From Anaerosomatales bacterium (GTDB lineage Bacteria > Actinomycetota > Coriobacteriia > Anaerosomatales > SLCP01), in NCBI GenBank assembly GCA_029210645.1, contig JARGFT010000011.1, forward strand, positions 9,519 to 73,518: a DNA stretch of 64,000 nucleotides. The letters are read 5' to 3'. Under the pieces are notes generated by a model. It was not told where the DNA came from and ran no database searches. It was given only the letters and a program-made list of their open reading frames with translations. A program made the translations under genes and the position numbers. Shown piece after piece: positions 49,438 through 57,226 of this stretch. Each line of letters starts with the position of its first letter. Positions within the stretch are counted from its first letter, which is position 1.

Positions 49438-51849
49438 TCAGGAGGTCTTCTTGGTGTTCCGCTTGGCGGGTGAGCGGCCCTTCGCCGAAGCCTTGCGCGT
49501 GCCCCGGCCCTTTGCGGCGCTCCCCTTCTTGGGGTCCTTGGCTCGTGCGGAGCACTCGGGATCGATGCATATCTTCCACGGCCCCTTCTTGGTGTGGACG
49601 ACGACCTTCGGCGCTCCGCACGGCTCGCAGACCTCGTCGGTCGCCTCGATCTCACCCGACTGGGGAAGCGGGTAGGAGACAGGATGTTCCTTCGCGTCGT
49701 AGTTGACGCAGCGAACGTAGCGGCTGCCGACCGGCGAGTAGCGCACGCGCAACTCTGCCCCATCGACGGGACAGCGACCGACGAGTATCTCGGGACCCTT
49801 CTTGGTGGGGCACTGAGTGTTGAGGCACATGTTCCGCGCGGGCCGCTTGAACTGCATGACCTTGACCTGATGGCTGCCGCACACCTCGCACATCTCCTCG
49901 ACCGCCGCATAGCGGGCGTTCTTGGGCAGCGGGTAGGTGACGGTGCACTCGGGGTAACCCTGGCAGCCGACGAAGTACGAGCGGGTCTTCGGCGAGTACT
50001 TGATGAGGAGGTCGTGGCCGGACTGCGGGCACGTGCCGACCTTGGCGTCCTCGTCGGCGGCTGCCTTGAGAAGCTCACCGACCTCGGGCACGTGCGCAAG
50101 CAGCGCGGTCATCACATCGGCAAGCAGCGTGCGCGAGTGACCGACGACCTGCTTGCGCTGCGCCTTGGCGCGTGCGATCTCATCCATCTCGCGATCGAGC
50201 TCGGCGGTCATCTCGGGAGTCGTGATGCGCTCCGCATGCGTGAGGAGCGCGTTGATGACGCTGATCCCTTTGCAGGTGGGCTGGATGGGGTCGCCCGTGA
50301 CGTACTTGCGATCGTAGAGCGTCTGGATGATGTCGTGGCGGGTGGCTTTGGTGCCCAGACCGAGCTTCTCCATCTCCTGGATCATCTTGCCCTGGCTGTA
50401 GCGCGCGGGCGGCTGCGTCTGCTTGGCGTCCATCTCGGCACCGAGGAAGTCGACTGAGACACCCTCGTCGAGCAAGGGCAGGTACTCCTCTTTCTTCATG
50501 CCGTACGGGTAGACGGCGCGAAAGCCCGCCGAGACCACCACGTCACCGCGCGCCACGAAGCGCTCGCCTGCGACGTCGATACCGATCTTGGTGCTCTCCA
50601 GCACCGCGGCGTCTGAAAGCGTGGCCATGAAGCGCCGCGCGATGAGGTTGTAGATCTTGAACTCCTCGGGCTTGAGCTTCTCGGGATTGGCCGCGCCGGT
50701 GGGGTGGATCGGAGGATGGTCGGTGGTCTCCTTGGCGCCGCGCGTCGGCTTGAGCGCCCCCTTCTTCAGAAGCGCCGACGCGTACTGGTGGTACGCCGGC
50801 ACCTTGTCGAGCTCGCGCAGGATCGTGTGCAGCTCGAGGCTGGGGGGGTAGACGGTGTTGTCGACGCGCGGATAGGACACCAGGCCGCTCATGTAGAGCG
50901 ACTCTGCGATGCGCATCGTGCGGGACGGGGAGATGCCCTCATTGGCGGCCGCGGCCTGCAGGGCCGTCGTGTTGAAAGGCGTCGGCGGCTTGACGGTGCG
51001 CCTGGTCTTGGTGACCTCGGCCACCGTGCCCTCACTGGCGCCCGACACGGCCGCCATGGCCCGCTCGGCCTCAGCCACGTCCTTGAAGCGCTCCGTAGCG
51101 TGCGAGGCGCCGAACTCGCTCTCGGCGTCGCCGTGCGGCGCAAACCGCGCGCGCACCGTCCAGTAGTCCTCGGGCACGAAGGCGTCGCGCTCGGCCTCGC
51201 GGTCGACGATGAGCTTGAGCGTGGGCGTCTGCACGCGGCCGGCCGAGAGCATGTCACCCCACGCGCGCTTCGAAGCGGCGTTCGACGCGAGTGTCAGGTA
51301 GCGCGTGAGCACCGCACCCCACACCAGGTCGATGTCCTGGCGGGTGGCCCCTGCGTCGGCGAGTTCCTCGGAGAGCTCGCCGGGCTCGGCAAACGCGCGC
51401 TCGATCTCGTCTTTGGTGATGGCGGAGAATCGCACGCGCGAGACGGGCACGTCCGCGTTGACTCGCCGCACGACATCGCGCGCGTCCGCGCCGATGAGCT
51501 CGCCCTCGCGGTCGAAGTCGGTGGCGATCATGACCTGCTCGGCCTTCTTGGCGAGGTTCTCGATCGACCGGATGATGCCCTTCTCGGCACCCTCCTTGAG
51601 CACGGGAGCGCCCACGAGCGTGGGCAGCGAGTCGAGCTTCCACTTCTTCAGGTCGACCCCGTCGAGTTCCTCGGGGAAGTCGACCTTCATGATGTGGCCC
51701 TTCAGCCCGATGCTGACCCAGTCCTCGCCGTCGCGGCGGAACCGGTAGACCGGGGTGGAGTAGACCTTGTCGGTGGTTGGCTTGCCCACGGCGAGGATCT
51801 CGGCGATCCTGCGCGCGGCGATGTTCTTCTCTGAGACGACCAGTCGCAT
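49438..51849 (-). CDS. topA: Type IA DNA topoisomerase with 4 C-terminal zinc ribbons and Lys-rich tail
   Basis: TOPRIM ...ATDFDREGELIG... and active-site Tyr context ...GLVSYPRVDNTVY... Four Cys4-type ribbons. I prefer ATG 51849 (MRLVVSEKNIAARRIAEIL) over the track's TTG start at 51879. Confidence 0.9.
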   Translation of the reverse strand: MRLVVSEKNIAARRIAEILAVGKPTTDKVYSTPVYRFRRDGEDWVSIGLKGHIMKVDFPEELDGVDLKKWKLDSLPTLVGAPVLKEGAEKGIIRSIENLAKKAEQVMIATDFDREGELIGADARDVVRRVNADVPVSRVRFSAITKDEIERAFAEPGELSEELADAGATRQDIDLVWGAVLTRYLTLASNAASKRAWGDMLSAGRVQTPTLKLIVDREAERDAFVPEDYWTVRARFAPHGDAESEFGASHATERFKDVAEAERAMAAVSGASEGTVAEVTKTRRTVKPPTPFNTTALQAAAANEGISPSRTMRIAESLYMSGLVSYPRVDNTVYPPSLELHTILRELDKVPAYHQYASALLKKGALKPTRGAKETTDHPPIHPTGAANPEKLKPEEFKIYNLIARRFMATLSDAAVLESTKIGIDVAGERFVARGDVVVSAGFRAVYPYGMKKEEYLPLLDEGVSVDFLGAEMDAKQTQPPARYSQGKMIQEMEKLGLGTKATRHDIIQTLYDRKYVTGDPIQPTCKGISVINALLTHAERITTPEMTAELDREMDEIARAKAQRKQVVGHSRTLLADVMTALLAHVPEVGELLKAAADEDAKVGTCPQSGHDLLIKYSPKTRSYFVGCQGYPECTVTYPLPKNARYAAVEEMCEVCGSHQVKVMQFKRPARNMCLNTQCPTKKGPEILVGRCPVDGAELRVRYSPVGSRYVRCVNYDAKEHPVSYPLPQSGEIEATDEVCEPCGAPKVVVHTKKGPWKICIDPECSARAKDPKKGSAAKGRGTRKASAKGRSPAKRNTKKTS

Positions 51850-51926
51850 ACGGGTCGGGTCCTGTTCTTCAGGCGGCAAGTCTTTGCGAGTATATACTGC
51901 GCGTCAACCCACGCCCTACCGAACCC

Positions 51927-52478
51927 TTACAGTCCCAGCTCCTCCGAGCGTGCCTGCATCGCTTCGAGAGCGACGGTGAGGAACTCCTCACGCGTGATGC
52001 CGAGCGAGGCGCACGTGTCCATCTGCTCGCGGTTCGCACCGCGCGCAAACGCCTTCTCCTTCCAGCGCTTCTTCAGCGAGCGCACCTCGACGCCGGCAAG
52101 CGACTTGTCCGGCCTGACGAGCGCGGCGGCGACGACGAAACCGGTGAGCGGGTCGGCTGCGTACAGTGCGCGGTCCATGTCGGTCTCGAGCTCCACGTGA
52201 CAGGCGTGCGCCAGGATCGCGTGCACGATCTCGTCGTCAACGACGCCTGCGAGTTCTTCAGCGGCGCCACGGGCGTGACGCTGCGGGTCCTCGGCGGTCT
52301 CGGCGTAGTCCAGATCGTGCAGCAGACCGGCAAGGCCCCACCGCGCCACGTCCTCCTCGGGCAGGCCGAGGTGGCGCGCGAGCGCCTCCATGATGACTTC
52401 TGCGGCGATGCAGTGGTTGACGAGGTTGCGGTTCGGGATGCGCTCGCGGACGAGCGCCAGTGCTGCCTCGCGGTCCAT
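51927..52478 (-). CDS. HD-domain (HDIG-like) metal-dependent phosphohydrolase
   Basis: Start trimmed to MDREAALALVRE... Contains the ...LLHDLDY... motif. Confidence 0.75.
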   Translation of the reverse strand: MDREAALALVRERIPNRNLVNHCIAAEVIMEALARHLGLPEEDVARWGLAGLLHDLDYAETAEDPQRHARGAAEELAGVVDDEIVHAILAHACHVELETDMDRALYAADPLTGFVVAAALVRPDKSLAGVEVRSLKKRWKEKAFARGANREQMDTCASLGITREEFLTVALEAMQARSEELGL

Positions 52479-52506
52479 GGGGGCTCCTTCCTGCCGGTGG
52501 CCGGGC

Positions 52507-53184
52507 TCAGTCCGTTGGGATGTCCGCCCGCGCCCGCTGCGACTCGATGCGCGCGGCAAGCCACTCGGCCCACTCGGCGACACCCTGGTCCTTGGTCGCT
52601 GCCATCGGGAAGACGGGCACCGTAGCGTTGAGGCGACGCACGACCTCCCGGAACTCGTCCTCATCGAAGTCGAAGACCGGCATCGTGTCGTACTTGTTGA
52701 GGATGACCGCCTCGGCCCGCGCGAAGATGTTCGGGTACTTGTAGGGTTTGTCGTGGCCCTCGGGCACCGAGAGGATCATGACCTTGGCGTGCTCTCCGAG
52801 GTCGAAGTCAGTGGGGCACACCAGGTTGCCGACGTTCTCGATGATAAGCAGGTCGATCTCGGCGATCTCGAGCGTGTCGACCGCGCGGCGGATCATGTCG
52901 CTTTCGAGGTGGCACGCGCCGCCGGTATTGATCTGGACCGCCGGCACCCCGTGCTCCTTGATCTTCTGCGCATCGACGTCGCTCGCGATATCTCCCTCGA
53001 TGACCGCGATGCGATAGCGGTCACGCAGTACGGCGATCGTGGCGAGGATCGTCGAGGTCTTGCCCGCCCCCGGAGAGGCCAGCAGGTCGAGCACGAAGAC
53101 GCCGTGCTCGTCGAAGAGCGCGCGGTTCTCGGCGGCGAACCGCTCGTTGCGATCGAGGATCGGCTTTGACAGGTCAACCTTCAT
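52507..53184 (-). CDS. hypB: Hydrogenase nickel-incorporation GTPase HypB
   Basis: 225 aa with P-loop ...SPGAGKTS... and ...ENVGNLVCP... Confidence 0.92.
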   Translation of the reverse strand: MKVDLSKPILDRNERFAAENRALFDEHGVFVLDLLASPGAGKTSTILATIAVLRDRYRIAVIEGDIASDVDAQKIKEHGVPAVQINTGGACHLESDMIRRAVDTLEIAEIDLLIIENVGNLVCPTDFDLGEHAKVMILSVPEGHDKPYKYPNIFARAEAVILNKYDTMPVFDFDEDEFREVVRRLNATVPVFPMAATKDQGVAEWAEWLAARIESQRARADIPTD

Positions 53185-53555
53185 GATGTCTCCCCGGCTT
53201 CTGTCTCATCGGGCAGGTCGATGTCGATCGACTCGATCTCCAGTTCGCGGCCCTCAACCAGTTCGCAGAAGTAGTTCTTGCACGAAGGGCATTCGACGTC
53301 GAAGCGGCCGTGGTTGAAGGTAGTACCGCACTCGACGCACCTCGATCGTCCGGGCACGCGCTCCACGACAAGCGTCGCTCCCTCGGCGAGCGTGCCCGGG
53401 CTCAGCGCCTCGAACGCGAAGTGAAGCGCATCGTCCACGATCTCGGTGAGCTCGCCGACGCGGATGCGAATCTCGTTGATGCGCGTCGCATTCTCCCGCG
53501 CTGCGGTCTCGACAGAGGCCGTCAGGATCCCGCTGACGATTCCCATCTCGTGCAC
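53181..53555 (-). CDS. hypA: Hydrogenase nickel-insertion protein HypA
   Basis: MHEMGI... N-terminus and zinc site CVECG...CPSC. ATGA overlap with hypB. Confidence 0.92.
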   Translation of the reverse strand: MHEMGIVSGILTASVETAARENATRINEIRIRVGELTEIVDDALHFAFEALSPGTLAEGATLVVERVPGRSRCVECGTTFNHGRFDVECPSCKNYFCELVEGRELEIESIDIDLPDETEAGETS

Positions 53556-53570
53556 GTGTCCGGCCCTCCG

Positions 53571-54323
53571 CTAGTAGCCCTGTGTACGGCGCCGCTCGAT
53601 GCGCTTGACGAGTACGACACGGGCGAGCGCCATGCTGATCTCGTACAAACCGACAAGCGCCGCGAACAGCGCGAGCATCGTCACCGGCGACCAGTCGGGC
53701 GTCGCGCCTGCCGCCAACACGATCAACACCGTGTAGACCACGCGCCAGTTCGCCCGCAACTTGTCGTAGGGAACGATATTGAAGATCATGAGATAGAAGA
53801 TGACCACCGGCAGCTGGAAGGCGAGCCCGAACCCGAGCATCAGCATGATGGCGCCCTGGAAGTAGGTGCTCGCCTCGGGCATCTGCGTGACGCCCTCCCA
53901 CGCCTGCCCCACGATCCACTCGAATGCGGTGCCGAGGATCACCTGGTGCGCGAAGACGACACCACCTGCGAACAGCACCACCATCGCAAGGAACGTCGGG
54001 ACCACCCACTTGCGCTCGTTGGGCTTAAGGGCAGGAAGGAAGAACGCCATGACCTGCCAGATGATGATGGGGCTGCCCACGACGAGCGTGGCGTAGAGGG
54101 CGACCTTGAAGCGCAGAGTGAACGTCTCGAACGGGTTGAGGACCACGAGTTGCTGGTCCCCGAAGATGTGCAGGATCGGCTGCATCGCAAGGTTGTAGAA
54201 GTACGGCGCGGGGAAGTACAGGACGATCGAGCCCGCGAAGACGACGATGGCGATGATGATGAGCCGGTGGCGCAGTTCCCGGAGGTGCTCGGTGATGGGA
54301 AGTCGCTTGGGTCCTATCGGCAT
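53571..54323 (-). CDS. tatC: Twin-arginine translocase subunit TatC
   Basis: 250 aa, 6 TM helices, ...LPITEHLRELRHRL... Confidence 0.93.
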   Translation of the reverse strand: MPIGPKRLPITEHLRELRHRLIIIAIVVFAGSIVLYFPAPYFYNLAMQPILHIFGDQQLVVLNPFETFTLRFKVALYATLVVGSPIIIWQVMAFFLPALKPNERKWVVPTFLAMVVLFAGGVVFAHQVILGTAFEWIVGQAWEGVTQMPEASTYFQGAIMLMLGFGLAFQLPVVIFYLMIFNIVPYDKLRANWRVVYTVLIVLAAGATPDWSPVTMLALFAALVGLYEISMALARVVLVKRIERRRTQGY

Positions 54324-54350
54324 GATGTGGTCCGAGGAAGCGCCCGGGGG

Positions 54351-54668
54351 CTACTCCTCTTCCTCCTCGTCCTCATCCTCGGGCACCGAATCGTCCGCGA
54401 GGAGCGGCGTGCCGGGAACCCGGGTCGGCGGGACGGCCTCCTCGTCTTCGCCCTCCTCGTCGCTCTCCACATCGGCCAGGTTGCCCGGCGTACGCTTGTC
54501 AGCGTAGACCTCGGCCCGGATAACGGACTCCATAGTCTCCTGGGCACGCTTGAACTCGCGCATCATCTGACCGATCGTCCGCCCGAACTGAGGAAGCTTG
54601 TCGGGGCCGAAGATGAGCAGCACGAAGACGACGATAATGAAGAGCTCGGTTCCGCCGATGCCGAACAC
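54351..54668 (-). CDS. tatA: Twin-arginine translocase subunit TatA/E with long acidic tail
   Basis: MFGIGGTELFIIVVFVLLIFGPDKLP... The C-terminus ends ...EDEDEEEEE. Confidence 0.92.
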   Translation of the reverse strand: MFGIGGTELFIIVVFVLLIFGPDKLPQFGRTIGQMMREFKRAQETMESVIRAEVYADKRTPGNLADVESDEEGEDEEAVPPTRVPGTPLLADDSVPEDEDEEEEE

Positions 54669-54711
54669 AGAAACACCCTTTCGAGAGGACCTTGCCGGTG
54701 ATCCCCGGTCG

Positions 54712-55047
54712 CTAGAACTCCCGCGCCTCCGCGGCGTCGGGGAATATAGCGAACACCTTGTCCAGACCTGTTATGCGGAATATCTTCAGGATGTTCTCAC
54801 GCGTGCACACGAGACGGATGGCCCCGTCGCGCTCATTTGCACGTCGCAAGCCGCCGACGAGCACGCCGAGGCCGGAGCTGTCGATGAAGCCGACGCCTTC
54901 GAGATCGACGATGATACGGGAGCACCCCGATTCGATCTGATCGATGAGAGTCTCCTTGAGCCGGGGAGCGGTGTAGACGTCGACCTCACCCTCGAGCGAC
55001 ATCGTGCACACCCCGTCCGCCTGCACCGCGGTGATCTCAAGTTCCAT
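54712..55047 (-). CDS. STAS-domain anti-sigma-factor antagonist (SpoIIAA/RsbV-like)
   Basis: Start trimmed to MELEITAVQADG... Retains the phosphorylatable-Ser motif ...FIDSSGLGVL... Confidence 0.85.
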   Translation of the reverse strand: MELEITAVQADGVCTMSLEGEVDVYTAPRLKETLIDQIESGCSRIIVDLEGVGFIDSSGLGVLVGGLRRANERDGAIRLVCTRENILKIFRITGLDKVFAIFPDAAEAREF

Positions 55048-55088
55048 GGCGCGCTTCGCTCCCTCTCGTTGCCGGAATAGCCTGAAAG

Positions 55089-55118
55089 ATTGTACCGTGC
55101 TTCCACCCCCCGTACCAA
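55089..55118 (-). promoter_or_regulatory. Candidate promoter for the minus-strand STAS gene (TTGGTA-N18-TACAAT)
   Basis: Read in the divergent spacer. The -10 is at 55094..55089 and the -35 at 55118..55113. A GAGGGAG SD lies further downstream. Confidence 0.35.
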
Positions 55119-55242
55119 CCAGACCCGTTGCCGGACCGGTGCGGTCGGGCGCAGGGCAGGGCATCTGCTCGGACGTTACTCGGTATCGGTCGGAGGAATA
55201 CGGGTACCATTGTGGTGAATCCGCCCGAAAGAAAGGATCCCG

Positions 55243-55593
55243 ATGTCGCTCACGATAGACCTCACACAGGAGCCCACCTACTGGCTCCTGAAACTCGCGG
55301 GGGATCTGGACTACGGTGAGTGCGCTGCGTTCCGGGTCAACATCGACCGGATCCTGAAGAACTCGCCACCTGCGGCGATCGTCGATCTATCGAACCTCGA
55401 GTATCTGGACAGCTCCGGTCTCGGGCTGCTCTTGAGCCTGTCCAAGGAGTTCGGCGCCCAGGGAGGCCGTCTCGTGCTGGTCACCAACGAAACGGTCGAC
55501 AACATCCTGTCGCTGACCCGGCTGAACGGTATCTTCTCCACCGCATCGTCGATGGAGGATGCGCTGGCAACCGTCTCGGAGCAGCCGCTTTAG
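55243..55593 (+). CDS. STAS-domain anti-sigma-factor antagonist (SpoIIAA/RsbV-like)
   Basis: 116 aa with ...YLDSSGLGLLLS... Divergent from the other STAS gene. Confidence 0.85.
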   Translation: MSLTIDLTQEPTYWLLKLAGDLDYGECAAFRVNIDRILKNSPPAAIVDLSNLEYLDSSGLGLLLSLSKEFGAQGGRLVLVTNETVDNILSLTRLNGIFSTASSMEDALATVSEQPL

Positions 55594-55665
55594 CAGGTGC
55601 CAGGGCCGGACCGAAGATGGCGCCGTCACCGGCGCCATCTTGTTGGTTCCTATGCGCGCGGCACC

Positions 55666-56322
55666 CTACGGCGTGGTCGTCGCCTCGCCTGACGGCGTCG
55701 CCGGTAACTCAGCAAGCATGCTCTGGGCGGCCGATGCACTCTGGCCGTCCGGCTCTATCTCGAGGTAGCGCGTGAACGCCACTGCCGCATCGTCCATCCG
55801 CCCGGCGGCCCGGTAGAAGATCCCGGCGTTGAAGTAGGCGGGGGCAAACTCGGGCACATCGGCCATCACCTGCTCCGCCACCTCGATGGCGCGTGAGGTC
55901 TGTCCCGAGTAGAAGTACGCGATGGCCATGTCGACCGATACGTTCGGGTCGCCGGGCTGCTGGGCCAGCGCCCGCTCGTAGGCGGTCGTCGCCGAGGCCC
56001 AGTACGGCAGGTCGTGTCCCGTGTTGGGACCGAGCCCCTGCTGGATCTGGACTCCCCAGTCGAAGTACGTGTTGCCCAGCCCCACCAGTGCCGTATAGCT
56101 CGTCGGCTCGCTGGCCAGCATCGCCGTATACGAGTTCACGGCGGGCAGGTGATCGTTGGCGATACGCTCCAGGGTCGCACCGGTCTCCGTCGCGCCGGTC
56201 GCCTGTTGGGTGTTGCCGCCGCCCATGAACAGTGCGGGAACCAGGCTCGCCACGAAGGCGACCACGACGAATACCAGGACGACCTTCACCCAGAGCGATG
56301 ACTGCTTCTTGTTGATAGCCAC
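55666..56322 (-). CDS. Membrane-anchored TPR-repeat protein
   Basis: N-terminal TM helix (...LWVKVVLVFVVVAFVASLVPALF) followed by about 3-4 TPR-like repeats. Confidence 0.75.
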   Translation of the reverse strand: MAINKKQSSLWVKVVLVFVVVAFVASLVPALFMGGGNTQQATGATETGATLERIANDHLPAVNSYTAMLASEPTSYTALVGLGNTYFDWGVQIQQGLGPNTGHDLPYWASATTAYERALAQQPGDPNVSVDMAIAYFYSGQTSRAIEVAEQVMADVPEFAPAYFNAGIFYRAAGRMDDAAVAFTRYLEIEPDGQSASAAQSMLAELPATPSGEATTTP

Positions 56323-56325
56323 GTC

Positions 56326-56733
56326 TTACTCGCTCTCGCCCTCGGGAGCAGCGGTGTCCGTCGCCTCTCCACCGGTCATGTCATCGATCGGAGGATGTCC
56401 CGGAGGCATCTCGCCCTGCAGTTCCTGTTCGGAGAGCGGAGGCGCTTGCGTGCCGCCGGTACCCATGCTGGGAACGCCCACGCTCGGCGACGTCACCTGC
56501 GGGCTGCCGGTAGGGATGAGGATACCGATGATGATGCCGACGAGCAGCGCGACCACGCCGATAAGACCGGCAACGCTCATCGTCACGCTCTGTGCTCCGG
56601 CGGGAGCGGCAGCCGTCTTGGTGCGGGGAGCGCTCGCCCGGGCCTTGGCACCGGCAGGCTTGGCCGCCGACTTGGCTGCGGGCTTATCAGCCTGAGCCTC
56701 GTCGTCGTCGAAGAAGAAGTCCTGGTCACTCAC
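56326..56733 (-). CDS. Hypothetical single-pass membrane protein (acidic N-terminus, external PPGHPP motif)
   Basis: 135 aa with a low-complexity Ala/Lys-rich cytoplasmic part, one TM helix, then ...GEMPPGHPPIDDM... Ends 3 nt before the TPR gene start. Confidence 0.6.
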   Translation of the reverse strand: MSDQDFFFDDDEAQADKPAAKSAAKPAGAKARASAPRTKTAAAPAGAQSVTMSVAGLIGVVALLVGIIIGILIPTGSPQVTSPSVGVPSMGTGGTQAPPLSEQELQGEMPPGHPPIDDMTGGEATDTAAPEGESE

Positions 56734-56768
56734 GGGTCGATTCCCTCCTACTCTGATATGACAGGCCG

Positions 56769-57224
56769 TCAGTCCTCTCCGGAATCCCCCGGAAAGCGGC
56801 TGCGACCCCGCGCGATTATAGCACGCACCCTCGCTTGTACCTCCGCGCCTTCGAATGAGCGCTCGTAGCGCCTCAGGGATACGAGGGATGCGGCCCCGGC
56901 CGATATGGCGAGCACGGCGCCGGCGACGTCCGGTGCGAGTTGCACCCAGTTTGCCAGCAAGAAGCCAGCCAGATACCCGAGCACCACTGCCGCCACAGGA
57001 ACTACATAGACGAGTCGCTGCGCCCGTCGCCGGGCAGCGGCAGGAGTCTCGACCTCCACGGTGTCACCAGGGCGGGCACCGTGCGTGTCTACGATGCTTT
57101 CGAGCAGGCGTTTCCCGCCCGCACCCTCGGCACAGGCACCGCACGTCGCGCACGATTCGGACGGCACGATGGCGACCGAAACGCGTCCGTCGGCGGCCGA
57201 GACGACCGTGCCACACTCGCGCAT
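56769..57224 (-). CDS. RseC/MucC (SoxR-reducing system) family protein
   Basis: Start trimmed to MRECGTVVSAADGRVSVAIV...CATCGACA, followed by two TM helices. This is the typical RseC architecture. Confidence 0.75.
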   Translation of the reverse strand: MRECGTVVSAADGRVSVAIVPSESCATCGACAEGAGGKRLLESIVDTHGARPGDTVEVETPAAARRRAQRLVYVVPVAAVVLGYLAGFLLANWVQLAPDVAGAVLAISAGAASLVSLRRYERSFEGAEVQARVRAIIARGRSRFPGDSGED

Positions 57225-57226
57225 GT

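Noticed and set aside
51889-51907. TTGACG ... TATATACT upstream of topA that looks like -35/-10 boxes
   Set aside because: The two boxes are only ~7 nt apart, which is incompatible with a sigma70 promoter. The TATACT may still serve as a -10, but I could not pair it with a -35.
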